Part shown: positions 7,230-16,454 of the stretch, piece by piece
Layout of the letters: the number at the start of each line of letters is the position of its first letter
Position numbering within the stretch: the first letter of the stretch is position 1
Source: a virus
UHGV virus genome: UHGV-0118908
Direction: 5' to 3' (one strand)
DNA length: 25,668 bases
The notes under the pieces: generated by a model
What the model saw: only the letters and a program-made list of their open reading frames with translations
Databases searched by the model: none
What the model was told of the DNA's origin: nothing
Position numbers and translations under genes: made by a program

Positions 7230-7556
7230 TCAAATAAGTGGTTTGCTGCCTAATTTCATTTTCTGGCGACCAACACAAGTCACACCCATTTCACTACGTG
7301 GCTTGCTGTACCATGTGCGCTGATTCTTGCGTTCAATACGTTGCAGGTTGCTTTCAATCTGTTCGTAGTATTCAGCCAGCACTGTAAGGTCTATCGGATT
7401 CAGTGCGCTTTCTACTCGTGATTTCGGTTTGCGATTCAGCGAGAGAATAGGGCGGTTAACTGGTTTTGCGCTTACCCCAACCAACAGGGGATTTGCTGCT
7501 TTCCATTGAGCCTGTTTCTCTGCGCGACGTTCGCGGCGGCGTGTTTGTGCATCCAT
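7230..7556 (-). CDS. N: Antitermination protein N (lambda-type); starts at internal Met of ORF-track entry 7230..7688
   Basis: MDAQTRRRERRAEKQAQWKAANPLLVGVSAKPVNRPILSLNRKPKSRVESALNPIDLTVLAEY... agrees with lambda N over its length (from memory); the arginine-rich motif follows the Met at 7556. Confidence 0.9.
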   Translation of the reverse strand: MDAQTRRRERRAEKQAQWKAANPLLVGVSAKPVNRPILSLNRKPKSRVESALNPIDLTVLAEYYEQIESNLQRIERKNQRTWYSKPRSEMGVTCVGRQKMKLGSKPLI

Positions 7557-7713
7557 CTGGATTCTCCTGTCAGTTAGCTTTGGTTGTGTGTGGGAGTCGT
7601 AGTCCTGAACGAAAACACCCCGCAATGGCACATTGGCAGCTAATCCGGATTCGCACTTCCGGCCAATGCTTCGTTTCGTATCATACACACCAAAGCCTTC
7701 TGCTTTGAATGCT

Positions 7714-7744
7714 GCCCTTCTTCAGGGCTTAATTTTTAAGAGCG
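7714..7744 (-). promoter_or_regulatory. nutL site (boxA CGCTCTTAAAAATTAA and boxB GCCCTGAAGAAGGGC on minus strand)
   Basis: Reverse complement of plus 7714..7744 gives the lambda nutL boxA and boxB hairpin sequences exactly, in the N leader. Confidence 0.8.
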
Positions 7745-7788
7745 TCACCTTCATGGTGGTCAGTGCGTCCTGCTGATGGCTTAAAATT

Positions 7789-7856
7789 ACAAGAAAGATT
7801 GTATGCTGTAAACAAGAAATATTGTAAAAAGGGGCGTGAAAAACAAACTCCATTGT
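7789..7856 (-). promoter_or_regulatory. OL operator cluster (three ACAA-N6-TTGT sites) overlapping candidate pL (-10 TACAAT, -35 TTACAA on minus strand)
   Basis: Sites ACAAGAAAGATTGT (7789..7802), ACAAGAAATATTGT (7812..7825) and ACAAACTCCATTGT (7843..7856); same half-site family as the OR sites; by-eye hexamers on the minus strand overlap the first two sites. Confidence 0.6.
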
Positions 7857-7905
7857 TTTTAAATGAAAAATAGTTTGTTTTTGGTTATCGAGATTGAGGT
7901 GGGGA

Positions 7906-9258
<1,353 letters not shown>

Positions 9259-9266
9259 GACATTCC

Positions 9267-9298
9267 CGCTCTTACACATCCCAGCCCTGAAAAAGGGC
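9267..9298 (+). promoter_or_regulatory. nutR site (boxA CGCTCTTA and boxB GCCCTGAAAAAGGGC)
   Basis: CGCTCTTACACATCCCAGCCCTGAAAAAGGGC immediately downstream of cro; essentially the lambda nutR sequence. Confidence 0.8.
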
Positions 9299-9377
9299 AT
9301 CAAATTAAACCACACCTATGGTGTATGCATTTATTTGCATACATTCAATCAATTGTTATCTAAGGAAATACTTACAT

Positions 9378-9656
9378 ATGCAACTTACAAGTACTCGCAA
9401 GAAAGCGAATGCAATTACAAGCAACATCCTGAATCGAATTGCTGTACGTGGTCAGCGAAAGGTTGCCGACGCGTTAGGGGTTAATGAATCGCAAATTTCG
9501 CGATGGAAAGACAGCTTCATCCCCAAAATGGGAATGCTTCTGGCTGTTCTTGAATGGGGTGTTGAAGACGAGGAGTTGGCGGAACTGGCTAAGCAAGTAG
9601 CCAGAATGCTGACAAAAGAAAAAGCCCCGAAGAACGGCGAATTCTTCGAGGCCTAA
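9378..9656 (+). CDS. cII: CII transcriptional activator; starts at internal Met of ORF-track entry 9318..9656
   Basis: MQLTSTRKKANAITSNILNRIAVRGQRKVADALGVNESQISRWKDSFIPKMGMLLAVLEWGV... closely resembles lambda CII (SQISRWK..IPK..MLLAVLEWGV). Confidence 0.85.
   Translation: MQLTSTRKKANAITSNILNRIAVRGQRKVADALGVNESQISRWKDSFIPKMGMLLAVLEWGVEDEELAELAKQVARMLTKEKAPKNGEFFEA
9411..9424 (-). promoter_or_regulatory. Candidate CII-binding site of pRE (TTGC-N6-TTGC on minus strand) inside the 5' part of cII
   Basis: Plus strand GCAATTACAAGCAA equals TTGCTTGTAATTGC on the minus strand; same position relative to the cII start as the pRE site in lambda. Confidence 0.5.
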
Positions 9657-9838
9657 TGTAGAAAGACTGGATCAATCCACAGGAGTAATTATGACAAAAC
9701 GTCGTAAGAAATACCAGGAAAAAGAAGAGATTCGACACCCTGATTCACCTGAGGGATTAGTGGTAGCCGCAGCAAATAACAGGGCGTTCGCAGAGCGCCT
9801 TGTTGGTGTTTACAGACTAGCCAAAGCAGGAGTGAAAC

Positions 9839-10729
9839 ATGGGCGTCGTTAAGTTAGCTGATTACAGGCATAACCCTGTACAACATCAGGAGGCATCCAG
9901 TATGGGGTATGTCTCTATACACCGCCAGTTTATGGACAGCAGGCTCTATAAGGACTCTCAGGCAGTACATCTTTGGCTTCACTTAATCCTCAAGGCTAAT
10001 CACGAATCTACTGTCGTCAATACGGATATCGGTCCGATAACTGTTGATCGCGGTCAGATGATAACTGGACGCCCGTCGCTGGTCAGAGAAACATTCATCC
10101 CCGACAACAAAGTTCGGAGCTTATTACGGACTTTTGAGTCGAAAGGGATGCTTAATATTTGCTCGATGGGGAAGAAATTTAGCCTGTTTACAATCGTTAA
10201 ATATGACGATTTTCAGGCAAAAAATTGTCCAACGGTTGTCCAACGGTTGTCCAACGCAAACACCAGTAATGGCGCGGCTCTCAGCGGAGATTGTCCAACG
10301 GTTGTCCAACGGTTGTCCATAAACAATAATATAAATAATATCTCTAATACTGACGTATTAGAGAGTGCCACAGCAGACAAAAAGTCTGACAAGAAAAAAC
10401 CTTCCGTTAGCTGTCAGGATGTTGTCGATGCTTACCACGAAATCCTTCCCGAAGCGCCAAGAATCCGCGCACTGAATGACAAGCGTAAAAACCAGATCCG
10501 AACGTTCTGGCGCAAAGCCGGAGTGATAACCCGCCAGCTTGACGGGCATGGGTTCACGATGCAGGACTGGAGAAATTATTTGAGCTACGTAGGCGAAAAT
10601 TGCCGATGGATGTTCGAAGAACGCCCAAACCATCAACGCGGAACCGTCTGGCACAAAAAGGGATTTGATTTCCTGCTTAACGACAATACCTACCTGAAAG
10701 TTCGTGAGGGTGAACACGATGACCGATAA
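9839..10729 (+). CDS. Replication initiator (O-like, iteron-binding) protein; alternative start at 9902
   Basis: 296-aa ORF with the iteron/AT-rich origin embedded mid-gene, followed by an overlapping helicase gene; AGGAG upstream of 9839 and AGGAGG upstream of the ATG at 9902. Confidence 0.7.
   Translation: MGVVKLADYRHNPVQHQEASSMGYVSIHRQFMDSRLYKDSQAVHLWLHLILKANHESTVVNTDIGPITVDRGQMITGRPSLVRETFIPDNKVRSLLRTFESKGMLNICSMGKKFSLFTIVKYDDFQAKNCPTVVQRLSNANTSNGAALSGDCPTVVQRLSINNNINNISNTDVLESATADKKSDKKKPSVSCQDVVDAYHEILPEAPRIRALNDKRKNQIRTFWRKAGVITRQLDGHGFTMQDWRNYLSYVGENCRWMFEERPNHQRGTVWHKKGFDFLLNDNTYLKVREGEHDDR
10225..10365. repeat. Replication origin: two clusters of three TTGTCCAACGG iterons followed by an AT-rich segment and a 22-bp palindrome
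   Basis: TTGTCCAACGG tandem x3 at 10225..10257 and x3 (last partial) at 10291..10320; then an AT-rich stretch with CTCTAATAC-tgac-GTATTAGAG; lambdoid ori architecture inside the initiator gene. Confidence 0.7.
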
Positions 10730-12155
10730 TTTTTATGCGCCGCCCCATAGCATCGAGGCAGAGCAGGCGGTTATTGGTGGATTGCTTCTGGATGATGACA
10801 GCAGTGAGCGCGTCCGGAAAGTTCTGGCGATGCTGAAGCCTGATTCATTTTACAGCCGACCACACAAAATCATTTTCGATGAAATAACCAGAATGCACCG
10901 GGAGCAAAAGCCAGTAGATGGGCTGACGCTTTTCGATGAACTGGATCGCAAATCATTAACGGCGTCTGTTGGCGGTTTTGCTTATATCGCTGAGATCGCA
11001 AAGAACACGCCAAGCGCCGCAAACATCGTTGCCTATGCAATGCAGGTTCGTGAAACCGCAATGGAACGCTACGCCATCAACCGCATGACTGAAGCGACGG
11101 AATTGCTCTATTCCCGCAACGGAATGACTGCAACGCAGAAGTACGAAGCTATTCAGGCGATTTTCACGCAACTGACAGACCATGCAAAAACCGGATCGCG
11201 TCGCGGACTTCGCTCATTTGGTGATGTCATGGAAGACTGGGTTAGCGACCTTGAGAAGCGTTTTGACCCGTCAGGCGAACAACGAGGAATGAGCACAGGG
11301 ATCCCATCGCTGGACAGGATGCTGTCACCGAAAGGTCTGGTGAAATGCTCTTTGTTTGTCATTGGCGCTCGCCCTAAGATGGGGAAAACGACGCTATACA
11401 GCCAGATGGCAATCAACTGCGCAGTGCATGAGAAAAAGCCTGCTCTGATGTTCAGCCTTGAAATGCCAGGTGATCAGATACTGGAAAAACTGGTAGGACA
11501 GAAGTCAGGTGTTAACCCGAATATTTTTTACCTTCCGGCGACAAATGACGCTGATGACGGCTATCAGGGTGATTACGATGGTGACTTCAACAGGGCGATC
11601 GAAACAGCCAATCGCTTGAGTGAAATCGACCTGCTTTACATCGACGACACGCCGGGATTATCTCTGGCTCAAATCGTCAGCGAAAGCCGTCGAATCAAGC
11701 GAGAAAAAGGATGTGTTGGCATGATTCTGGTCGATTACCTGACACTAATGACCGCTGAAAAGGCCGATCGCAACGACCTTGCTTACGGCATGATCACCAA
11801 AGGACTGAAGAACCTTGCCAAAGAGCTTGATTGCGTTGTTGTGCTTCTGACGCAGCTTAACCGCGCACTGGAAAGCCGAACCAATAAACGCCCATTACCA
11901 AGTGACTCACGAGATACAGGGCAGATTGAACAGGATTGCGATTATTGGGTGGGGATCCATCGTGAAGGTGCTTTTGATGACAATGTTCCACCTGGTGAAA
12001 CCGAACTAATCCTTCGTCTCAATCGTCATGGCAATACCGGCACGGTGTATTGCATTCAGGCAAATGGCGCTATTTATGACACAGACCAACAGTCTGCTGA
12101 AATTCGCCGCCGTGAACGCGAGGAACCGCAGTCCAAGAAGAAAGGAGGATTCTGA
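10719..12155 (+). CDS. DnaB-family replicative helicase (phage-encoded, P22 gene 12-like); ATG 10719 preferred over the GTG of ORF-track entry 10704
   Basis: N-terminal IEAEQAVIGGLLLD DnaB signature; Walker A GARPKMGKT; Walker B-like ILVDYL; overlaps the end of the initiator gene by 11 nt. Confidence 0.9.
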   Translation: MTDNFYAPPHSIEAEQAVIGGLLLDDDSSERVRKVLAMLKPDSFYSRPHKIIFDEITRMHREQKPVDGLTLFDELDRKSLTASVGGFAYIAEIAKNTPSAANIVAYAMQVRETAMERYAINRMTEATELLYSRNGMTATQKYEAIQAIFTQLTDHAKTGSRRGLRSFGDVMEDWVSDLEKRFDPSGEQRGMSTGIPSLDRMLSPKGLVKCSLFVIGARPKMGKTTLYSQMAINCAVHEKKPALMFSLEMPGDQILEKLVGQKSGVNPNIFYLPATNDADDGYQGDYDGDFNRAIETANRLSEIDLLYIDDTPGLSLAQIVSESRRIKREKGCVGMILVDYLTLMTAEKADRNDLAYGMITKGLKNLAKELDCVVVLLTQLNRALESRTNKRPLPSDSRDTGQIEQDCDYWVGIHREGAFDDNVPPGETELILRLNRHGNTGTVYCIQANGAIYDTDQQSAEIRRREREEPQSKKKGGF

Positions 12156-12184
12156 TGACCATCTACATCACTGAGCTAATAACA

Positions 12185-12213
12185 GGGGCTATTTACACAG
12201 TAGCCCTTTTTTA
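12185..12213 (+). terminator. Intrinsic terminator after replication genes (tR2-like position)
   Basis: GGGGCTA-tttacacag-TAGCCC followed by TTTTTTAT, immediately after the helicase stop. Confidence 0.55.
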
Positions 12214-12239
12214 TTGGATCGGAAGCGAGAGGTGAGAGT

Positions 12240-12509
12240 GTGAGCGAGCCGATTATGTCTCCTGACCTTTATTTAAAATATAGGTCTATTTGGGGGCACA
12301 GAAAAATGAAAGTTAATAGTTATAGATTCGACGATGCAACTCAATGGGTAACTAATTTCGGAAAGGTAAGAATAACTCCGCCGCAGTTTAGAAAACTCCT
12401 TTGCAACAAATGCGGAAGCGATAACTGGACAGATGATGGAAGAAACATGAATGAGTACTGCTGCGACTCATGCGGTCAGTACGTGATGGTTCAGGGCGAC
12501 GACGCTTAA
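12240..12509 (+). CDS. Hypothetical zinc-ribbon protein (CNKCGS...CCDSCG)
   Basis: ORF-track entry with GTG start (ATG at 12255 in frame); RBS-like GAGAGGTGAGAG upstream; two Cys pairs; no family recognised. Confidence 0.4.
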   Translation: MSEPIMSPDLYLKYRSIWGHRKMKVNSYRFDDATQWVTNFGKVRITPPQFRKLLCNKCGSDNWTDDGRNMNEYCCDSCGQYVMVQGDDA

Positions 12510-12549
12510 CACCCCAGCACGCTGATGGAGTCAAAGTGAAGGAGTAACG

Positions 12550-12996
12550 ATGAAGCAAATATATATGCTTCGCAACGAAGCAATCAGAAACAACACCATA
12601 GACGCAATACTCTCACTACCGATCGACGACAAGTCACCTCACGAAGTCCACGTTAAAGAACCCAAGCGGAGCAATTCTCAAAACCGCCTTATGTGGGCGT
12701 TATTGCAGGACGTATCACGTCAGGTGCTTTGGCATGGACAGAGACTTGCGCCGGAGGACTGGAAAGACCTGTTTACTGCCCTGTGGCTTAAGACCAAAAA
12801 ACTGGAGCAACGAAGTGTGCCTGGTATCGACGGTGGCGTTGTCATGCTTGGCGTGCGTACCAGCAAAATGCGAAAGGCCAGCATGACTGAGCTTATCGAA
12901 ATCATGTTTTGGTTCGGCTCAGAGCGCAACGTGCGGTGGAGTGATGACTACCGGCGAGAGTATGAATGGTCACAACGAAAAGGTAGGGCTGCATGA
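12550..12996 (+). CDS. ninB: NinB (Orf-family recombination mediator)
   Basis: 148-aa ORF; QNRLMWALLQDVSRQVLWHGQ...[24 protein letters not shown] parallels lambda NinB conserved positions. Confidence 0.8.
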   Translation: MKQIYMLRNEAIRNNTIDAILSLPIDDKSPHEVHVKEPKRSNSQNRLMWALLQDVSRQVLWHGQRLAPEDWKDLFTALWLKTKKLEQRSVPGIDGGVVMLGVRTSKMRKASMTELIEIMFWFGSERNVRWSDDYRREYEWSQRKGRAA

Positions 12997-13520
12997 CTAT
13001 CAAATCAAATACGCCAGCACACGACAAGGACTGCTGGCAAACGCCGCTTTGGCTTTTTGATGCACTGGATATTGAGTTTGGATTCTGGCTGGATTCGGCA
13101 GCGAGCGACAAAAATGCTCTGTGCGCTCACTGGTTAACTGAGGCCGACGACGCGCTCAATTCTGAGTGGGTAAGCCACGGTGCAATCTGGAATAACCCAC
13201 CGTACAGCAATATCAGGCCGTGGGTGGAAAAAGCCGCTGAGCAGTGCATACAACAGCGACAGACGGTAGTGATGCTTGTGCCAGAGGATATGTCTGTCGG
13301 ATGGTTCAGCAAGGCTCTGGAGAGTGTTGACGAAGTTCGTATTATCACTGATGGACGGATTAATTTTATCGAACCATCGACAGGGCTGGAGAAGAAGGGA
13401 AACAGCAAAGGTTCCATGCTGCTGATTTGGCGACCGTTCATCAGGCCTCGACGGATGTTTACTACCGTATCCAAAGCGGCATTGATGGCGATCGGGCAGG
13501 GCGTCAGGAGGGCGGCATGA
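12993..13520 (+). CDS. Phage Dam-type N6-adenine DNA methyltransferase (NPPY motif)
   Basis: 175-aa ORF; N-terminal [24 protein letters not shown] and IWNNPPYS match the phage N-6-adenine methyltransferase family; ATGA overlaps with ninB and ninE. Confidence 0.8.
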   Translation: MTIKSNTPAHDKDCWQTPLWLFDALDIEFGFWLDSAASDKNALCAHWLTEADDALNSEWVSHGAIWNNPPYSNIRPWVEKAAEQCIQQRQTVVMLVPEDMSVGWFSKALESVDEVRIITDGRINFIEPSTGLEKKGNSKGSMLLIWRPFIRPRRMFTTVSKAALMAIGQGVRRAA

Positions 13521-13699
13521 GACGACAGCGACGAAGTATCACCGACATCATCTGCGAAAACTGCAAATACCTTCCAACGAAACGCTCCAGAAATAAACGC
13601 AAGCCAATCCCAAAAGAATCTGACGTAAAAACCTTCAACTACACGGCTCACCTGTGGGATATCCGGTGGCTAAGAAATCGTGCGAGGAATACAAGGTGA
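13517..13699 (+). CDS. ninE: NinE; starts at internal Met of ORF-track entry 13427..13699
   Basis: [53 protein letters not shown]... agrees with lambda NinE as remembered; ATG overlaps the methyltransferase stop. Confidence 0.8.
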   Translation: MRRQRRSITDIICENCKYLPTKRSRNKRKPIPKESDVKTFNYTAHLWDIRWLRNRARNTR

Positions 13700-13869
13700 T
13701 TGACCCAAATCGAAGTTACGAACAAGAAAGCGTCGAGCGGGCTTTAACGTGCGCTAACTGCGGTCAGAAGCTGCATGTGCTGGAAGTTCACGTGTGTGAG
13801 CACTGCTGCGCAGAACTGATGAGCGATCCGAATAGCTCAATGTACGAGGAAGAAGACGATGGTGATTAG
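13696..13869 (+). CDS. ninF: NinF; GTG start overlapping the ninE stop (ORF-track entry 13654..13869 is over-extended)
   Basis: [47 protein letters not shown]... agrees with lambda NinF as remembered; GTGA overlap with the ninE stop; GAGGA 7 nt upstream. Confidence 0.7.
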   Translation: MIDPNRSYEQESVERALTCANCGQKLHVLEVHVCEHCCAELMSDPNSSMYEEEDDGD

Positions 13870-14221
13870 CCGATACGGACAAATAACGTTTAAACATTTT
13901 CAAGACAATCCAACATGGGCTGCTGCGGCTGGATATGACTTTAATTATTTTGATTGTCTGTCAGTCGCATGTATTGCAACTACCAATGTTGCTAACAACA
14001 TAATCGATGAATTCTTGGATTTTCCAGACTATCAGGTCAGAGAGTTGCCTGCATTTTTTGTGAAAGTATCTGCTGCTACAGCTCTGTTATTTATTTTGTT
14101 ATTCGCATATCCATTGCTTGCCGTATTTGTTTATGTGAGATGCAAACACTCACAAAAGAAATACAGCGGAGAGCATACCGATATTACCAGCCAAAATATG
14201 CGTGTGTGGTTGAGGAGATGA
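13859..14221 (+). CDS. Hypothetical single-pass membrane protein (AT-rich insertion in the nin region)
   Basis: 120-aa ORF with GAGGAAG RBS; hydrophobic segment FFVKVSAATALLFILLFAYPLLAVFVYV followed by basic residues; visibly AT-richer than flanking nin genes; no family recognised. Confidence 0.5.
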   Translation: MVISRYGQITFKHFQDNPTWAAAAGYDFNYFDCLSVACIATTNVANNIIDEFLDFPDYQVRELPAFFVKVSAATALLFILLFAYPLLAVFVYVRCKHSQKKYSGEHTDITSQNMRVWLRR

Positions 14222-14243
14222 CAAGAGAAATGGGGGAGACGTC

Positions 14244-14533
14244 ATGCTAACCTACGCAAAGAAGCACGCGGCAGAGAATGCCAGGTTCGTATTTACGGCA
14301 TATGCAATGGCAATCCTGAAACTACAGTTCTGGCACATTACCGGATGGCTGGAATTTGCGGAACGGGAATGAAACCTGACGACCTGATCGGCGCGTGGGC
14401 TTGTAGCGCGTGTCAAGATGAAATCGACCGACGCACCCATAACCTCGACAACAAAGACGCCAGACTTTACCACCTGGAAGGCGTGATCAGGACGCAGGCG
14501 ATACTGCTGAAGGAGGGGAAGATTAAGCCATGA
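14244..14533 (+). pseudogene. DUF1364 (YbcO-like) gene with apparent 1-nt frameshift directly after its start codon; ORF-track entry 14345..14533 is the in-frame remnant
   Basis: ATG at 14244 with GGGGGAG RBS reads frame 0 for 43 codons to a TGA; the next frame encodes ANLRKEARGRECQVRIYGICNGNPETTVLAH...CSACQDEIDRRTH, which matches the YbcO/DUF1364 family (from memory), and has no start codon before the Met at 14345. Confidence 0.5.
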
Positions 14534-14892
14534 ACGAATATCAGTTTGTGCTTCCATACCCGCCGTCGGTGAACACCTACTGGCGAAGACGGGGAAGCCA
14601 ATACTACATCAGCGATAAAGGCCAGAAATACCGAAAAGACGTTCAGCAAATCATCCGCCAACTTAAGTTAGACATTTTCACCAAATCACGACTCCGCATC
14701 AAAGTCATCGCAGACGTTCCAGACTCCCGCCGCCGCGACCTCGATAACATCCTGAAAGGTTTACTCGACTCCCTTATCCACGCCGGATTTGCGGAAGACG
14801 ACGAGCAATTCGATGACATTCGCGTAATTCGTGGTGTGAAAGTACCAGGCGGACGGCTTGGAATAAAAATCACCGAACTGGAGAACGCATGA
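14530..14892 (+). CDS. rusA: RusA-family Holliday junction resolvase
   Basis: 120-aa ORF; PYPPSVNTYW...DSRRRDLDNILKGLLDSL...GGRL matches the RusA signature; ATGA overlaps on both sides. Confidence 0.85.
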   Translation: MNEYQFVLPYPPSVNTYWRRRGSQYYISDKGQKYRKDVQQIIRQLKLDIFTKSRLRIKVIADVPDSRRRDLDNILKGLLDSLIHAGFAEDDEQFDDIRVIRGVKVPGGRLGIKITELENA

Positions 14893-15077
14893 ACGCCACA
14901 ATTCAAACGATACCAGAGCTTCTTATCCAGACACGAGGCAATCAGACCGAAGTGGCGAGGATGCTTTCCTGCGCAAGAGGAACAGTGCTCAAGTACAACC
15001 GAGACAGCAAAGGTGAGCGTCACGTAATAGTTAACGGCGTCCTGATGGTCAAACAGGGCAAGAGGGGAAGACGATGA
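14889..15077 (+). CDS. ninH: NinH
   Basis: 62-aa ORF; GNQTEVARMLSCARGTVLKY...IVNGVLMV parallels lambda NinH; directly precedes Q. Confidence 0.8.
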   Translation: MNATIQTIPELLIQTRGNQTEVARMLSCARGTVLKYNRDSKGERHVIVNGVLMVKQGKRGRR

Positions 15078-15697
15078 GACTCGAAAGCGTAGCTAAATTT
15101 CATTCGCCAAAAAGCCCGATGATGAGCGACTCACCACGGGCTACGGCTTCTGACTCTCTTTCCGGTACTGATGTGATGGCTGCTATGGGGATGGCGCAAT
15201 CACAAGCCGGATTCGGAATGGCTGCATTCTGTGGTAAGCACGAACTCAGCCAGAACGACAAACAAAAGGCTATCAACTATCTGATGCAATTTGCACACAA
15301 GGTATCGGGGAAATACCGTGGTGTGGCAAAGCTCGAAGGAAATACTAAGGCAAAGGTACTGCAAGTGCTCGCAACATTCGCTTATGCGGATTATTGCCGT
15401 AGTGCCGCGACGCCGGGTGCAAGATGCAGAGATTGCCACGGTACAGGCCGTGCGGTTGATATAGCAAAAACAGAGCAGTGGGGGAGAGTTGTTGAGAAAG
15501 AATGCGGAAGATGCAAAGGTGTCGGCTATTCAAGAATGCCAGCAAGCGCCGCATATCGCGCTGTAACGATGCTAATCCCAAACCTTACTCAACCCACCTG
15601 GTCACGCACTGTTAAGCCACTGTATGACGCTCTGGTGGTGCAATGTCACAAAGAAGAGTCAATCGCAGACAACATTTTGAATGCGGTCACACGTTAG
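15074..15697 (+). CDS. Q: Late-gene antiterminator Q (lambda-type)
   Basis: 207-aa ORF MRLESVAKFHSPKSPMMSDSPRATASDSLSGTD...CRDCHGTGRAVD...CGRCKGVGYS agrees with lambda Q as remembered, including the zinc-binding Cys cluster. Confidence 0.9.
   Translation: MRLESVAKFHSPKSPMMSDSPRATASDSLSGTDVMAAMGMAQSQAGFGMAAFCGKHELSQNDKQKAINYLMQFAHKVSGKYRGVAKLEGNTKAKVLQVLATFAYADYCRSAATPGARCRDCHGTGRAVDIAKTEQWGRVVEKECGRCKGVGYSRMPASAAYRAVTMLIPNLTQPTWSRTVKPLYDALVVQCHKEESIADNILNAVTR
15361..15374 (-). promoter_or_regulatory. Candidate CII-binding site of antisense promoter paQ (TTGC-N6-TTGC on minus strand) inside Q
   Basis: Plus strand GCAAGTGCTCGCAA equals TTGCGAGCACTTGC on the minus strand, inside the Q coding region as in lambda. 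Confidence 0.4.
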
Positions 15698-15739
15698 TAG
15701 CATGATTGCCACGGATGGCAACATATTAACGGCATAATA

Positions 15740-15775
15740 TTGACTTTTTGAATAAAGTTGGGTAAATTTGACTCA
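15740..15775 (+). promoter_or_regulatory. Late promoter pR' (-35 TTGACT, -10 TAAATT) with overlapping qut region
   Basis: TTGACT-17 nt-TAAATT followed by TGACTCAACGATGG, matching lambda pR'/qut as remembered; immediately downstream of Q. Confidence 0.6.
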
Positions 15776-15803
15776 ACGATGGATAAATGCACTCGTTAAA
15801 TAA

Positions 15804-15833
15804 AGCCCTGAGTTAATAGCTCGGGGCTTTTTG
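15804..15833 (+). terminator. Intrinsic terminator close to pR' (tR'-like; would give a short 6S-like RNA)
   Basis: AGCCCTGAG-ttaatag-CTCGGGGCT (9-bp stem with one G.U) followed by TTTTT, roughly 30 to 60 nt downstream of the predicted start site. Confidence 0.5.
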
Positions 15834-16130
15834 CGTTTTAAGCACGGCCTTTCTGAAAGCACATCAAACCAAATACCAGACAGACAAAAATAATCACCTT
15901 ATCAGCTGTGGCTACGGTGCGGTGTGCTTTGCATAAAACAAAACCAGCTCAATGGCTGGCTTCGTGAAATCGGGTGGCAGGAGGTTGCGCTAACAACCTC
16001 ATGCCGTTTTGCCCGTGCATATCGGTCACGAACAAATCTGATTACTAAACACAGTAGCCTGGATTTGTTCTATCAGTAATCGACCTTATTCCTAATTAAA
16101 TAGAGCAAATCCCCTTATTGGGGGTAAGAC

Positions 16131-16454
16131 ATGAAGATGCCAGAAAAACATGACCTGTTAGCCGCCATTCTCGCGGCAAAGGAACAAGGCATCGGGGCAA
16201 TCCTTGCGTTTGCAATGGCGTACCTTCGCGGCAGATATAATGGCGGTGCGTTTACAAAAACAGTAATCGACGCAACGATGTGCGCCATTATCGCCTGGTT
16301 CATTCGTGACCTTCTCGACTTCGCCGGACTAAGTAGCAACCTCGCTTATATAACGAGCGTGTTCATCGGCTACATCGGTACTGACTCGATTGGTTCGCTT
16401 ATCAAACGCTTCGCTGCTAAAAAAGCCGGAGTAGAAGATGGTGGAAATCAATAA
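16131..16454 (+). CDS. S: Holin S (class I, lambda S107/S105 dual-start)
   Basis: 107-aa [65 protein letters not shown]... agrees with lambda S as remembered; the Met1-Lys-Met3 dual start is present. Confidence 0.9.
   Translation: MKMPEKHDLLAAILAAKEQGIGAILAFAMAYLRGRYNGGAFTKTVIDATMCAIIAWFIRDLLDFAGLSSNLAYITSVFIGYIGTDSIGSLIKRFAAKKAGVEDGGNQ

Noticed and set aside
7230-7688. 152-aa ORF-track version of the N gene extending upstream to 7688
   Set aside because: The N-like sequence begins at the internal Met at 7556; the extension runs into the nutL/leader region with no RBS and is a reading-frame artefact.
7861-7905. AAACAAACT ... AGTTTGTTT inverted repeat downstream of the secreted-protein gene as a possible terminator
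   Set aside because: The arms coincide with an operator-like site and pL-region sequence, the loop is about 22 nt and no clean U-run follows on the minus strand.
10213-10320. Short direct repeats that could be mistaken for a CRISPR array
   Set aside because: The repeats are 11-bp contiguous iterons without spacers, lie inside the initiator gene and are followed by an AT-rich segment and a palindrome, so they form a replication origin.
13427-13699. 90-aa extended NinE ORF
   Set aside because: The extension is the alternative frame of the methyltransferase 3' end; the NinE-like sequence starts at the Met at 13517.
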